Part shown: in pieces, positions 1-13,927 of the stretch
How positions within the stretch are numbered: position 1 is the stretch's first letter
Layout: each line of letters begins with the position of its first letter
DNA from: Octopus vulgaris
Taxonomy: Eukaryota
Direction: 5' to 3'
NCBI GenBank assembly: GCA_951406725.2
Contig: OX597814.1
Location: 48,112,001 to 48,176,000 of the forward strand
DNA length: 64,000 nt
Notes under the pieces: generated by a model
Database searches by the model: none
What the model saw: only the letters and a program-made list of their open reading frames with translations
Told to the model about the DNA's origin: nothing
Made by a program: the position numbers and the translations under genes

Positions 1-719
1 ATTGAATTACCAATAATTTGGGACTGTTTTCAACTGATCACAACACTGTCAGCCACAGTATAACCAAATGGTTAAGAAGTTCACTTTGCAACCATGAAGT
101 GTTGGGTTCAATCCCACTGCATAGCATCTTTGGCAAATGTTATTTTCTGTAGCCTCAGATCATCTTGTGAGTTTGGGTAGACAGAAACTGTATAGAAGTT
201 CATCTATATGGATTGCACCTGTAATTCAAGGTACAGCCTTGTCACACAGATTTCTGTCTAAGAATTACATTAAAAGTACACATGTCTGTGGAATGCTCAG
301 CCACTTACACGCTAATTTGGTAAGCAGGTAATCCATTTGATCACATAACTGAATACTCATCACCAAAATTGATGGAGATACATCCATATACACATTCACA
401 CGTCTAAGCACATATATATATATATATTCATATACAAATAGACACACAGGTATACACATATTATGTCTTTAAGTGTATATCTATGTGTGTGTGTGTTTGT
501 ATGTATGCATGATATGCATATATATATATATATATATATATTATACATAATAGATACACACAAATAGAAGATGTATATGAATATGTATACGATGATGATG
601 ACATACATGTGTATAACATTGGGGTCAAAAGTGGGTGGAGGTAGGATAAAGGAAAAAAATATATCACTGACTTTTAGGTACAAAAAAGTGAAGTTGTATT
701 ATATTTGAGATCACAACGA

Positions 720-929
720 GTATATACGTATATACGTATATATAATTGTAAGTGTATCTGTGTGTGTATATCTGTGTGTGTGTTTGTATATATGTGTATA
801 TATATATATATGTGTGTATGTATATACATATATATGTATATGTAAATATCTATATATATGTATATGTGTATATGTATGTATATATATGCATATATTTGTA
901 TATTTATGTCTATGTATATATATCTATGC

Positions 930-972
<43 letters not shown>

Positions 973-1017
973 TGTATATATATATATAATGTATGTATAT
1001 ATGTGTGTGTGTATACA

Positions 1018-1100
<83 letters not shown>
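720..1100. repeat. Compound (TA/TG)n + (CA)n microsatellite
   Basis: Direct reading; explains the YI/CV/HT ORFs. Confidence 0.9.
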
Positions 1101-1102
<2 letters not shown>

Positions 1103-1658
1103 GTAAGCACTTAGGTGAAAAATAAGGTGGAAAAAATAGTACTTGAATACCAAAGGCAGAGTAATATACTATTTCATTAAAGCTGAGAAAATCTTCACAA
1201 ACTGTGACCATTTCAGGTGACCTTTCATCAGACATGTGTGATATTATAGAGTGATCCCCTTTGGTCATGAATGACCATGGGATTGTTACCCTCAAAGGCA
1301 CAAGTCCGGGCAAGATTGTTTATGGATGACCAGCAGTTGCCCATGCATACCAGCCTCTCCTCTCCATGCCACAAATGTTATCCAAGAGAAAGGCAAAGGC
1401 TGATACAGCTTGGCACCAGTGACATCACAACTCATTTCTACAGCTGAGTGAACTGGAGCAATGTGGAATAAAGTGTCTTGCTCAAGAACACAACACGTAG
1501 CCCGGTCCAGGAATTGAACTCACAACCTCACGATCATAAGCCATGTGCCTTCATATGTGTGATAATATGGACTAATTATTCCATATTATCATAATTGTCT
1601 GATGAACAGTCACACGAAACTCTGAAACTCTTAGGAAGATTTTTTCAGCTTTATTAAA

Positions 1659-1732
<74 letters not shown>

Positions 1733-1872
1733 ATACACTCACACACCCACACACACACACACACACACACATACATTTGAATAATTGATTGACCCACTGC
1801 TTGTTTTTAAAATGCAAGTAATAGGAAAGTAATCAAATTTAACAATAATTATGTATGTATAATTATAATTAT

Positions 1873-1944
<72 letters not shown>

Positions 1945-2332
1945 TAAAACATTTTGGTAGTGTATAGAATAGTATATTGGCAGTATAGTATAAGGTCAGT
2001 CAAAAGAAATGAAAGAATTGTTCCTTTGTCTATACACAAGACAATAAAGACTTCAAATTTCTCAAGGAAATGAAATGAAATGGAATGAAATAAAATAGAG
2101 TAAAAATACAGTAGAATATTTAGTAGAGGCACAAGGCATTGTCAAACACTTGACAAAATATTCTTAAATGCTTTAATGTAACTATTCTACTTTATTTTAG
2201 TTAACTTTATCTTATTTCATTCCATTTCATTTCATTTCCTTGGAAAATTTGAAGATTTTTCTGAATATAAATAAACTTAATAATTTCTTCCTTTCTTCTG
2301 ACTACTAACTTTATTATGATGACTACCAACAT

Positions 2333-2386
<54 letters not shown>

Positions 2387-2854
2387 CACATGGATATAAT
2401 TTCTCATCACCTAAATGCTTTAATTATTTTATTTAGATGGTGGTTCTTGAGTTTATAGACTCTCAAAATATAAGACAGTAATTCATGTAGACTGCTCTGT
2501 TCTTGAGAATATCTCAATTTTCATTGCCTCTTTAAAATCTTTGTGAGGAGGGAAACACATAGAAATTGTTGGTATGAAAACCATTTAGAGGGAGAAAGAC
2601 TTTTCAAAAGTAGGTGTACTTTTTAAAGGCTGAAATGGAAATTTTCAAATTTTGACATATGATATACACCAATAATATTGAAATGATTGTTTATATTTGT
2701 GTTCATATTTTTGTGTGCTTGCATGTGTATGTGTGATTGTATATATATCTGTGTTTGTGTCTATGTGTTTGTTTGTCTGTTAACATAAATGGAATTAAAG
2801 AGATCTGTTGATAAATATTTCCTTGCAAAACTCCTGGAAATAAAAAATTTTATG

Positions 2855-2889
<35 letters not shown>

Positions 2890-3747
2890 TGATAGTAGTA
2901 AAGAAGTAAAGAAGCAGTACACAGTAGGGTAGGGTAAAGTAGAGTGTTTATTTAATTTGGTAGACTAAAACCAATGCCATTATTCCCTCATGATGACCTA
3001 ACAAACTGTGAAATTTTCGCATAAGGAAATTACAAATAGTCATTGGTGTTGGTTTCAATCAACCAAATTAATTAAATGTTTATATACACACACACAGACA
3101 CAAGCAGACACACATGCACACACACAAGTAACATATGTATATGTAGTACCTGTGTGTGCTACATATATTCCATTGTAATGCTACAACTGTTAGTTTTGCA
3201 ACAACATAAGTTTTTAGGTAATGTTCCAGCTTCATATGTTGCTTGTCAATGTAAGAATGGACACGAATTGATTGTTTCATATGTTTGAATTTTGTGTAAC
3301 ACTCTATTGTCAATTAACAATTAGAAAATAAATAATTTACATCACCAGAACACAGTTACTAGGACACAGAAATACAATTTCTATTCTGAAATTGTGTCAA
3401 TCTGCAGAAACTCCAGGAGAAATTAGATATGTATGAAGCCATTATTACTTCTTGCATTATTCAGAAAAGAATTGATTCTATGGATATGACTATAACAACA
3501 TAACTATATACTTAGAAAATTGGAAAGTATTTTAGACTGCAACACATTTGAGTTCTGAAAATTAACAATATACCATATGTTATTTAATTGTGACTCTTTA
3601 GATAAAGTGGTAATTTATCTGAAATCAAATGCTTTTTAAGCTTTTGCTCCTCAGAAAAGTTATCCATCTTGAAAAATCAAGCTAAAGTATTGAAAGCCAC
3701 TCAGAATTTATCTTTTTATACCTTGACATGTGTTGGTACTTCTTTAA

Positions 3748-3967
3748 CCCTTTAGCATTCAGATTATTCTGTTAAATATAATATTTATTTCTTCACATTC
3801 TTTTGAATTAATCATGTATTGTCTTGTAACTTTGAGATTTCAATGAAGCGATTGTTTGCTTTTAGTATGACAGTGTATGAGAGCTGTTAGAAACTGGATT
3901 TGGCCAATTTGAACATAAAACATGTAGAATATTTTAGCCGGATATGGCCGGTTTAAATGCTAAAGGG
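3748..3967. mobile_element. piggyBac-like MITE (~220 bp)
   Basis: TTAA|CCCTTTAGCATT ... AATGCTAAAGGG|TTAA: terminal inverted repeats with TTAA target-site duplication at 3744-3747 and 3968-3971. Confidence 0.85.
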
Positions 3968-4485
3968 TTAAACACCTTAATAACATCTTAATAGGGGTAA
4001 TAAAATTCTTGTAGAACACCCATTTCCTTTTTGTTTTCACTTTTCAATTTCCTCTTCAAATACTATTTCCTACCTAATTAATAAAAAAAGTTAAAAAAGT
4101 ACATGGGAATGATTTAACAAATTCTATTACACATGCAGATACATTGAAATATATTTGTGTATGCATGAATATACATGTACATACCCTACTATTAAAAGAA
4201 CAATACACTATCATACAGATGCATGTACACATAAGGGAAATGGTCCAGACAGACAGGAAAGTACATGGACATTTTCAAACAGGCTTGTAAAAATTCAAAT
4301 ACTCACTTTACAAAGTTGAAATGTACATCAAGACATATTAACAACACAAAATAGTCACCAATACAAATGCATGGTTCACAATTCAAACAATGTAAAAAAA
4401 AAAAGCTCTATTCGTATCTTAACAAGCAATGTATGAAAGTGGTGGAATATGAAACGTTACTGGAAGATATGTATATGTATATATG

Positions 4486-4540
<55 letters not shown>

Positions 4541-5084
4541 GTGTGTATTTGTATATATACATACACATACATATATATATATATATAATGAAGATAAATA
4601 TGTGTGTGTATATGTATGTATGTATGTATGTATATATATATATAAAGAGAGAGAGATTCATATGTATATACATATATATAAAACGAAAATAATTATATGT
4701 GTATATATTGTGTGTATGAGCATACACACACACACACACAGAGATTTATATATATGCATGTTACATAGCTATTCTCTTTATATAAAGATTCCTCATTCAT
4801 ACCTTCTTTGATATGAAGATGAACCATTAGATTCAAATATAATTGCCTGCCACATGTTGATATATTTGACAAGATCTTTTTAAAATGAATTTTGATTTCT
4901 TGAAAGATTTTCACTTTCTTATTTCACGAAATGAAATCAACCATATAGAGATTTTACACATGTTTCCTAGATGTTAAAATGTCTTGCAAGGAATCGAAAT
5001 AAAATTTGGTAATTCCATTTACCATTGATGCTACTAAATGCATCTCATGATTTTAGAAACTTGATATTTCTGCTTTAAACTCAT

Positions 5085-8000
5085 TTACCGATCTTTTTCA
5101 TCTGATGTAGTGAAATAGTCCATAAACTGTTTATATGTGTGAGTTGAAGCATGCTCAAGAACTGTGAGTAAGTCAATCTTCTGTTCATGGTCTTGCTGTT
5201 CAATTTCTTTGACATCTGCAAACATATCAGCTTCTTTTCCCTTTCCATCATCTTCTTCCAGTACAATTAATGGAGGCATCTTTGACTTTAGCTCCTCTAC
5301 CACTGACATTAGTTGTGAAATTAGACCTGGCTCATCATCAGTTTTATCCTCACAAGTATCACCTTCACATGTGCTAGCCTCTTCTTCACTATCTGGGATG
5401 CCATCACCATCATCATCATCATCTAAATAGTCAGGGACACCATCGCCATCAGCATCTTCTTTATAGTCAGGTATACCATCACCATCAGAGTCTCCTTCCA
5501 AATCATCAGGGATACCATCCCCATCACTATCGGCATCTAAATGGTCAGGTATACCATCACCATCACCATCAGACTCTTCATCAGCATCAGGGATACCATC
5601 ACCATCATCATCATCATCAAGATAATCTGGAATGCCATCACCGTCAGTATCTAAGTCTACATCAGCATTATCAATTTCTTGGGCATCGGGAATACCATCA
5701 CCATCTGAATCAGGGTCTGCAAAATCAATGATACCATCACCATCTTTATCATCATCTAAAGTATCAGGAATACCGTCATTGTCATCATCTTCATCAATAT
5801 AATCAGGTATGCCATCACCATCAGTGTCCTTCAAATAATCTGGGATACCATCACCATCACTGTCTAATACCAAGTGATCTGGGATACCATCACCATCATC
5901 ATCATCATCAAGATAATCTGGAATACCATCACCATCAGCATCTTCTTTGTGGTCAGGGATACCATCGCCATCAGTATCTCCTTCTAAGTGATCAGGGATA
6001 CCATCACCATCAGCATCTTCCTTGTAGTCTGGGATACCATCACCATCACTGTCTCCCTCAAGATGGTCAGGGATACCATCACCATCATCATCATCATCAA
6101 GATAATCTGGGATGCCATCACCATCAGCATCCTCCTTGTAGTCTGGGATACCATCACCATCACTGTCCCCTTCAAGGTGGTCTGGAATACCATCACCATC
6201 ATCATCATCATCCAGATAATCTGGGATACCATCACCATCAGCATCTTCCTTGTAATCGGGGATACCATCACCGTCACTGTCCCCTTCAAGGTGGTCAGGG
6301 ATACCATCACCATCATCATCATCATCAAGATGATCTGGGATACCATCACCATCAGCATCCTCCTTGTAATCTGGGATACCATCACCATCACTGTCTCCCT
6401 CAAGATGGTCAGGGATTCCATCACCATCATCATCATCATCAAGATAATCTGGAATACCATCACCATCAGCATCTTCCTTGTAATCTGGGATACCATCACC
6501 ATCACTGTCTCCTTCCAAATGATCAGGGATACCATCACCATCATCATCATCATCAAGATAATCAGGAATACCATCACCATCAGCATCTTCCTTGTAGTCT
6601 GGGATACCATCGCCATCACTGTCTCCCTCAAGATGGTCAGGGATACCATCACCATCATCATCATCGTCAAGATAATCTGGGATACCATCACCATCGGCAT
6701 CTTCCTTGTAATCTGGGATACCATCACCATCACTGTCTCCCTCAAGATGGTCAGGGATTCCATCACCATCATCATCATCGTCCAGATAATCTGGGATACC
6801 ATCGCCATCAGCATCTTCCTTGTAATCTGGGATACCATCACCATCACTGTCCCCTTCGAGGTGGTCAGGGATACCATCACCATCATCATCATCATCCAGA
6901 TAATCTGGGATACCATCACCATCAGCATCTTCCTTGTAATCTGGGATACCATCACCATCACTGTCTCCTTCGAGGTGGTCAGGGATACCATCACCATCAT
7001 CATCATCATCAAGATAATCTGGAATACCATCACCATCAGCATCTTCCTTGTAATCTGGGATACCATCACCATCACTGTCCCCTTCGAGGTGGTCAGGGAT
7101 ACCATCACCATCATCATCATCGTCAAGATAATCTGGGATACCATCACCATCAGCATCTTCCTTGTAGTCTGGGATACCATCGCCATCACTGTCTCCTTCT
7201 AAGTGATCAGGGATACCATCACCATCATCATCATCGTCAAGATAATCTGGGATACCATCACCATCAGCATCTTCCTTATAATCTGGGATTCCATCACCAT
7301 CACTGTCTCCCTCAAGTGGTCAGGGATACCATCACCATCATCATCATCATCGAGATAATCTGGGATACCATCACCATCAGCATCTTCCTTGTAATCTGGG
7401 ATACCATCACCATCACTGTCTCCTTCTAAGAGGTGGTCAGGGATACCATCACCATCATCATCATCATCAAGATAATCTGGAATACCATCACCATCAGCAT
7501 CCTCCTTGTAGTCTGGGATACCATCACCATCACTATCTCCCTCGAGGTGGTCAGGGATACCATCACCATCATCATCATCATCAAGATAATCTGGGATACC
7601 ATCACCATCAGCATCTTCCTTGTAATCTGGGATACCATCACCATCACTGTCTCCCTCTAGGTGGTCAGGGATACCATCACCATCATCATCATCGTCAAGA
7701 TAATCTGGGATACCATCACCATCAGCATCTTCCTTGTAATCTGGAATACCATCACCATCACTGTCTCCCTCTAGGTGGTCAGGGATACCATCACCATCAT
7801 CATCATCGTCAAGATAATCTGGGATACCATCACCATCAGCATCTTCCTTGTAGTCTGGGATACCATCACCATCACTATCTCCCTCAAGGTGGTCAGGGAT
7901 ACCATCACCATCATCATCATCATCAAGATAATCTGGGATACCATCACCATCAGCATCTTCCTTGTAATCTGGGATACCATCACCATCACTGTCTCCCTCA

Positions 8001-11000
8001 AGGTGGTCAGGGATACCATCACCATCATCATCATCGTCAAGATAATCTGGGATACCATCACCATCAGCATCTTCCTTGTAGTCTGGGATACCGTCACCAT
8101 CACTGTCTCCTTCTAAGTGATCAGGGATACCATCACCATCATCATCATCATCCAGATAATCTGGGATGCCATCACCATCAGAATCTTCCTTGTAATCTGG
8201 GATACCATCACCATCACTGTCTCCCTCGAGGTGGTCAGGGATACCATCACCATCATCATCATCATCCAGATAATCTGGGATACCATCACCATCAGCATCT
8301 TCCTTGTAATCTGGGATTCCATCACCATCACTGTCTCCCTCAAGGTGGTCAGGGATACCATCACCATCATCATCATCATCAAGATAATCTGGGATACCAT
8401 CACCATCAGCATCTTCCTTGTAGTCTGGGATACCGTCACCATCACTGTCTCCTTCTAAGTGATCAGGGATACCATCACCATCATCATCATCATCCAGATA
8501 ATCTGGGATACCATCACCATCAGCATCTTCCTTGTAATCTGGGATACCATCACCATCACTGTCTCCCTCAAGGTGGTCAGGGATACCATCACCATCATCA
8601 TCATCATCAAGATAATCAGGAATACCATCACCATCAGCATCTTCCTTGTAATCTGGGATACCATCACCATCACTGTCTCCTTCTAAGTGATCAGGGATAC
8701 CATCACCATCATCATCATCGTCAAGATGATCTGGAATACCATCACCATCGGCATCTTCCTTGTAATCTGGGATACCATCACCATCACTGTCTCCCTCAAG
8801 GTGGTCAGGGATACCATCACCATCATCATCATCATCAAGATAATCTGGGATACCATCACCATCGGCATCTTCCTTGTAATCTGGGATACCATCACCATCA
8901 CTGTCTCCCTCTAGGTGGTCAGGGATACCATCACCATCATCATCATCGTCGAGATAATCTGGAATGCCATCACCATCAGCATCTTCCTTGTAATCTGGAA
9001 TGCCATCACCATCACTATCTCCCTCTAGGTGGTCAGGAATACCATCACCATCATCATCATTGTCAAGATAATCTGGGATACCATCACCATCAGCATCTTC
9101 CTTGTAATCTGGAATACCATCACCATCACTGTCTCCCTCAAGGTGGTCAGGGATACCATCACCATCATCATCATCGTCAAGATAGTCTGGGATGCCGTCA
9201 CCATCAGCATCTTCCTTGTAATCTGGGATCCCATCGCCATCACTATCTCCTTCTAAGTGATCAGGGATACCATCACCATCATCATCATCATCGAGATAAT
9301 CTGGTATACCATCCCCATCTGTATCCTTTTTGTAATCCATGATTTTATTGCCTTTTCTGTCTTTTTCTAACTTATCCGGTATACCATTACCATTCGCATC
9401 ACAGTCTAGATAATCTGGTATGCCATCACCATCTGTATCTTCTTTATAATCCAATATTCCATTACCATCTGAGTCAACTTCTAATTTATCAGGTATATTG
9501 TTTCCATTTGCATCATCATCGAGATAGTCTGGGATACCATCACCATCTGTATCTTTTCTTCGTGACGATGGCAGAATCTTACCATCAGCATTAATATCTG
9601 TATCTAGCTTGTCTGGAATACCATCACCATCACTGTCTATTTCTAAATGGTCAGGGATACCATCACCATCATCATCATCATCAAGATAATCTGGAATACC
9701 ATCACCATCAGCATCTTCCTTGTAATCTGGGATTCCATCACCATCACTATCTCCCTCGAGGTGGTCAGGAATGCCATCACCATCATCATCATTATCAAGA
9801 TGATCTGGGATGCCATCACCATCAGCATCTTCCTTGTAATCTGGAATTCCATCACCATCACTATCTCCCTCAAGGTGGTCAGGGATACCATCACCATCAT
9901 CATCATCATCGAGATAATCTGGGATACCATCACCATCAGCATCTTCCTTGTAATCTGGAATTCCATCACCGTCACTATCTCCCTCAAGGTGGTCAGGGAT
10001 ACCATCACCATCATCATCATCATCAAGATAATCTGGGATACCATCACCATCAGCATCTTCCTTGTAATCTGGGATACCATCACCATCACTGTCTCCCTCG
10101 AGGTGATCAGGGATTCCATCACCATCATCATCATCATCCAGATAATCTGGGATACCATCACCATCAGCGTCTTCCTTGTAATCTGGAATACCATCACCAT
10201 CACTGTCTCCCTCTAGGTGGTCAGGAATGCCATCTCCATCATCATCATTATCGAGATGATCTGGGATACCATCACCATCAGCATCCTCCTTGTAATCTGG
10301 GATCCCATCGCCATCACTGTCTCCCTCGAGGTGGTCAGGGATACCATCACCATCATCATCATCGTCAAGATAATCTGGGATACCATCACCATCAGCATCT
10401 TCCTTGTAATCTGGAATACCATCACCATCACTGTCTCCCTCTAGGTGGTCAGGAATGCCATCTCCATCATCATCATTATCGAGATGATCTGGGATACCAT
10501 CACCATCAGCATCCTCCTTGTAATCTGGGATCCCATCACCATCACTGTCTCCCTCTAGGTGGTCAGGGATACCATCACCATCATCATCATCGTCAAGATA
10601 ATCTGGGATACCATCACCATCAGCATCTTCCTTGTAATCTGGGATACCATCACCATCACTGTCTCCCTCGAGGTGGTCAGGGATACCATCACCATCATCA
10701 TCATCGTCTAGGTAATCTGGGATACCATCACCATCAGCATCTTCCTTGTAATCTGGGATACCATCACCGTCACTGTCTCCCTCTAGGTGGTCAGGAATAC
10801 CATCACCATCATCATCATTATCGAGATGATCTGGGATACCATCACCATCAGCATCTTCCTTGTAATCTGGAATACCATCACCATCACTATCTCCCTCTAG
10901 GTGGTCAGGGATACCATCACCATCATCATCATCATCAAGATAATCTGGGATACCATCACCATCAGCATCTTCCTTGTAATCTGGGATTCCATCACCATCA

Positions 11001-13927
11001 CTGTCTCCCTCGAGGTGGTCAGGGATACCATCACCATCATCATCATCATCGAGATAATCTGGGATACCATCACCATCAGCATCTTCTTTATAGTCCGGGA
11101 TACCATCACCATCACTGTCTCCCTCGAGGTGGTCAGGGATACCATCACCATCATCATCATCATCCAGATAATCTGGAATACCATCACCATCAGCATCTTC
11201 CTTGTAATCTGGGATTCCATCACCATCGCTGTCTCCCTCAAGGTGGTCAGGGATACCATCACCATCATCATCATTATCGAGATGATCTGGGATACCATCA
11301 CCATCAGCATCTTCCTTGTAATCTGGAATACCATCACCATCACTATCTCCCTCTAGGTGGTCAGGGATACCATCACCATCATCATCATCATCCAGATAAT
11401 CTGGGATACCATCACCATCAGCATCTTCCTTGTAATCTGGAATACCATCACCGTCACTATCTCCCTCTAGGTGGTCAGGTATACCATCACCATCTTTGTC
11501 ACCTTCCAAATGGTCAGGAATACCATCACCATCATCATCATCGTCAAGATAATCTGGAATACCATCACCATCAGCATCTTCTTTATAGTCCGGGATACCA
11601 TCACCATCACTGTCTCCCTCGAGGTGGTCAGGTATACCATCACCATCATCATCATCGTCAAGATAATCTGGAATACCATCACCATCAGCATCTTCCTTAT
11701 AGTCAGGGATACCATCACCATCACTGTCGCCCTCAAGATGGTCTGGAATGCCATCACCATCATCATCATCATCGAGATAATCTGGTATACCGTCACCATC
11801 AGCATCTTCCTTGTAATCTGGAATACCATCACCATCACTGTCTCCCTCGAGGTGGTCAGGGATACCATCACCATCATCATCATTATCCAGATAATCTGGG
11901 ATACCATCACCATCAGCATCTTCCTTATAATCTGGGATACCATCACCATCACTATCTCCCTCAAGGTGGTCAGGGATACCATCACCATCATCATCATCAT
12001 CGAGATAATCTGGGATACCATCACCATCAGCATCTTCCTTGTAATCTGGGATACCATCACCATCACTGTCTCCTTCTAAGTGATCAGGGATACCATCACC
12101 ATCTTTGTCAACTTCTAAATGGTCAGGGATACCATCACCATCATCATCATCATCAAGATAATCTGGGATACCATCGCCATCAGCATCTTCTTTATAGTCC
12201 GGGATTCCATCACCATCACTGTCTCCCTCGAGGTGATCAGGTATACCATCACCATCATCATCATCATCAAGATAATCTGGGATACCATCACCATCAGCAT
12301 CTTCCTTGTAATCGGGGATACCATCACCGTCACTGTCTCCCTCGAGGTGATCAGGAATGCCATCACCATCATCATCGTCATCAAGATAATCTGGGATACC
12401 ATCACCATCAGCATCTTCCTTGTAATCTGGGATGCCATCACCATCACTGTCTCCCTCGAGGTGATCAGGAATGCCATCACCATCATCATCGTCATCAAGA
12501 TAATCTGGGATACCATCACCATCAGCGTCTTCCTTGTAATCTGGAATACCATCACCATCACTGTCTCCCTCTAAGTGGTCAGGAATGCCATCACCATCAT
12601 CATCATTATCAAGATGATCTGGGATACCATCACCATCAGCATCTTCCTTGTAATCGGGAATACCATCACCATCACTATCTCCCTCGAGGTGGTCCGGTAT
12701 ACCATCACCATCATCATCATCATCCAGATAATCGGGGATACCATCGCCATCAGCATCTTCCTTATAATCTGGAATACCATCACCATCACTGTCTCCCTCT
12801 AGGTGGTCAGGGATACCATCACCATCATCATCATCATCAAGATAATCTGGGATACCATCACCATCAGCATCCTCCTTGTAATCTGGTATACCATCACCAT
12901 CACTGTCTCCTTCTAGGTGGTCAGGGATACCATCACCATCATCGTCATCATCGAGATGGTCTGGGATACCATCACCATCAGCGTCTTCTTTGTAATCTGG
13001 GATTCCATCACCATCACTGTCTCCTTCTAGGTGGTCAGGAATACCATCACCATCATCATCATCATCAAGATAATCTGGGATACCATCACCATCAGCATCT
13101 TCTTTGTAGTCTGGGATACCGTCACCATCACTGTCTCCTTCTAAGTGATCAGGGATACCATCACCATCATCATCATCATCCAGATAATCTGGGATACCAT
13201 CACCATCAGCATCTTCCTTGTAATCTGGTATACCATCGCCGTCACTATCTCCCTCAAGATGGTCAGGGATACCATCACCATCATCGTCATCATCCAGATA
13301 ATCTGGGATACCATCACCATCAGCATCTTCCTTGTAATCTGGGATCCCATCACCATCACTGTCTCCCTCAAGGTGGTCAGGGATACCATCACCATCATCA
13401 TCATCGTCAAGATAATCTGGGATGCCATCACCATCAGCATCTTCCTTATAATCTGGAATACCATCACCATCACTGTCTCCCTCTAGGTGGTCAGGGATAC
13501 CATCACCATCATCATCATTGTCGAGATAATCTGGGATACCATCACCATCAGCATCTTCCTTGTAATCTGGGATACCATCACCATCACTGTCTCCCTCTAG
13601 GTGGTCAGGGATACCATCACCATCATCATCATCGTCGAGATAATCTGGAATGCCATCACCATCAGCATCTTCCTTATAATCTGGAATACCATCACCATCA
13701 CTGTCTCCCTCTAGGTGGTCAGGGATTCCATCACCATCATCATCATCATCAAGATAATCTGGGATACCATCACCATCAGCATCTTCCTTGTAATCTGGGA
13801 TACCGTCACCATCACTGTCTCTCTTTAGGTGGTTAGGGATACCGTGTCCACCACTGTCCTTCTTCAGTTTTGCAGAGCTGGTTTTCGCATCAATCGAAAG
13901 TATTTTTCTTTTACAAAATGTGCAGAC
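5085..13927 (-). CDS. Giant terminal exon of an Asp-rich DxDGDGIPD (thrombospondin type-3-like / DxDxDG) repeat protein, ~2,947 aa in this exon; 1-bp frameshift near 7316; upstream exon(s) not identified
   Basis: Splice acceptor ttttctttttttctttttaag|GTC at 13928/13927 opens [40 protein letters not shown]..., in frame with ORF 7199..11509 (13927-11509=806 codons). After a 1-bp deletion at ~7316 it continues in the frame of ORF 5085..6518 to ...[11 protein letters not shown] (5085-5087). Restoring the base gives 8844 nt = 2948 codons. Differences between units are mostly at third codon positions. Confidence 0.82.
5400..13830 (-). repeat. Coding tandem array, 114-bp (38-aa) unit made of three 39/36/39-bp sub-repeats
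   Basis: Unit [38 protein letters not shown] read directly from the ORF track. Roughly 65-70 units, degenerate at the C-terminal end (5400-5990) and in a central block (~9300-9645). Extra 39-bp [11 protein letters not shown] sub-units near 11470-11510 and 12080-12120. Confidence 0.95.

Noticed and set aside
265-4914. ORFs rich in YI, CV and HT dipeptides (also 30735-31131 and 37705-38110)
   Set aside because: Translations of (TA)n, (TG)n and (CA)n microsatellites.
5984-13486. Many MMVMVSQIT... (-) and DTITIIIII... (+) ORFs up to ~400 aa
   Set aside because: Shadow frames of the GAT/GGT-rich coding array. They are broken by stops at synonymous-variant positions, while the Asp-rich frame stays open.
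5085-13927. Bacterial contamination or recent horizontal transfer as the source of the DxDGDGIPD array
   Set aside because: It has a canonical spliceosomal acceptor and is embedded among host microsatellites, SINEs and an intron-rich GRP94 gene. Ancient origin or convergence cannot be judged from sequence alone.
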